Assembly (NCBI RefSeq): GCF_016026235.1
Contig: NZ_CP065613.1
From: Escherichia coli
Lineage (GTDB): Bacteria; Pseudomonadota; Gammaproteobacteria; Enterobacterales; Enterobacteriaceae
Strand: one strand, 5' to 3'
Length of the DNA: 64,000 nt
How positions within the stretch are numbered: the first letter of the stretch is position 1; each line of letters begins with the position of its first letter. This document shows, one piece after another, positions 63,198 to 64,000 of the stretch. The position numbers and the translations under genes were made by a program. The notes beneath the pieces are model-generated. The model was not told where the DNA came from. It did no database searches and saw only the letters and a program-made list of their open reading frames with translations.

Positions 63198-63863
63198 TTA
63201 ATGCAGGCAGCACTGCTTAAATTTCTTACCACTACCGCACGGGCAAGGATCGTTACGCCCCGGTTTCTCTTCTGCTTTGATCGGTTGCTGAACAGCTTTT
63301 TCCTGCGGATGCGCCATCCAGTACGCATGTAGATCAAGCGCCGCCAGTCGAATGGCATCTACGCTCTCTTCAAACGCTTCTGGCGACATTTTCTCTACCC
63401 GCTCGAAGTTTTCCTCAGTACCGTGCAGCGCAATCGCCTCCAGCGCTGGTTTTAACGAATCGGGCAACGTTGACCAGTCAGAAAGTGCCACGCCCCGCAT
63501 ATAGCCAAAGCACCACTCCTCAACAATCGTCAGCTCGCTGCCATCAACTTCTCGCAAGCCGAATAACGGCTCAAACTGCTCCGGGAATTCGTTCAGACGC
63601 TCTGCGGTATCGGCCATATGTTGAAAAGCCAGGTTCATAAAGCGCGTCATCTCTTTCTCTGACGCCCAGCGCGGCACATAGTCAGCCCCACCCCACACGG
63701 CAACCAGCCACTGTGCCGGTTCAATCTCTTGCGGAGAACTCAACACCGCCGTCAATAAACCGTCCAGCTCCGCCACATCAAGGATGGCGTGGTCAGTGTT
63801 GTATTTGGTCAGAATATCGTCCAGCCATTCCAACTCACTTTCGTTTAACGGTCCCGTTTTCAT
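63198..63863 (-). CDS. yecA: YecA (UPF0149 with C-terminal SEC-C zinc motif)
   Basis: 221-aa ORF ending ...[20 protein letters not shown]. Confidence 0.9.
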   Translation of the reverse strand: MKTGPLNESELEWLDDILTKYNTDHAILDVAELDGLLTAVLSSPQEIEPAQWLVAVWGGADYVPRWASEKEMTRFMNLAFQHMADTAERLNEFPEQFEPLFGLREVDGSELTIVEEWCFGYMRGVALSDWSTLPDSLKPALEAIALHGTEENFERVEKMSPEAFEESVDAIRLAALDLHAYWMAHPQEKAVQQPIKAEEKPGRNDPCPCGSGKKFKQCCLH

Positions 63864-64000
63864 ACGCTTTTCCTTGTGGATCTCAACTCGCCAGCACCTA
63901 TCTTACATGCCGGTCCGTATCAGAGATACTTTTTGAGTGGCTTTGCCGGTGATTAAAAATTAAGGAGGGTGTAACGACAAGTTGCAGGCACAAAAAAACC

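Overview
Enterobacterial chromosome segment of the Escherichia coli / Shigella type, identified by reading the translated ORFs against protein families I recognise; no database search was run. Positions 1 to about 20850 are the right arm of a lambdoid prophage read right-to-left on the minus strand: integrase and excisionase abutting the 5' end of yecE, a left-operon of small genes ending in a membrane protein plus SPFH lipoprotein, a cI/cro-type immunity region, replication genes (O-like, DnaC-like, DnaB-like), RusA, a Q-like antiterminator, a phage tRNA (anticodon CAU), and an S21-type pinholin lysis cassette that runs off the window edge. The prophage carries three 1264-bp IS600 (IS3-family) copies in direct orientation, each with its own 3-bp target duplication, which split the integrase and the DnaB-like helicase and clip the SPFH gene. 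The rest is conserved core: yecE-yecN-cmoA-cmoB-torZ-torY-cutC-yecM-argS-yecT-flhE-flhA-flhB, then cheZYBR-tap-tar-cheW-cheA-motB-motA-flhC-flhD, then uspC-otsA-otsB-araH-araG-araF-ftnB-yecJ-azuC-yecR-ftnA-yecH-tyrP-yecA. The most interesting feature is a roughly 2.5-kb AT-richer insertion between flhB and cheZ, on the opposite strand to both, encoding a divergent Dgt-family dGTP triphosphohydrolase overlapping a small Pol-beta/CCA-head-type nucleotidyltransferase; this is a candidate nucleotide-depletion anti-phage module with an unusual partner. Motility is decaying: flhB and cheA each carry an amber codon inside a CCTAGG (the pattern expected from 5-methylcytosine deamination at Dcm CCWGG sites), cheA also has a frameshift, and motA is split by an IS4-family element, while flhDC, the receptors and the other che genes look intact. 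No CRISPR array, rRNA or Shiga-toxin genes were found.
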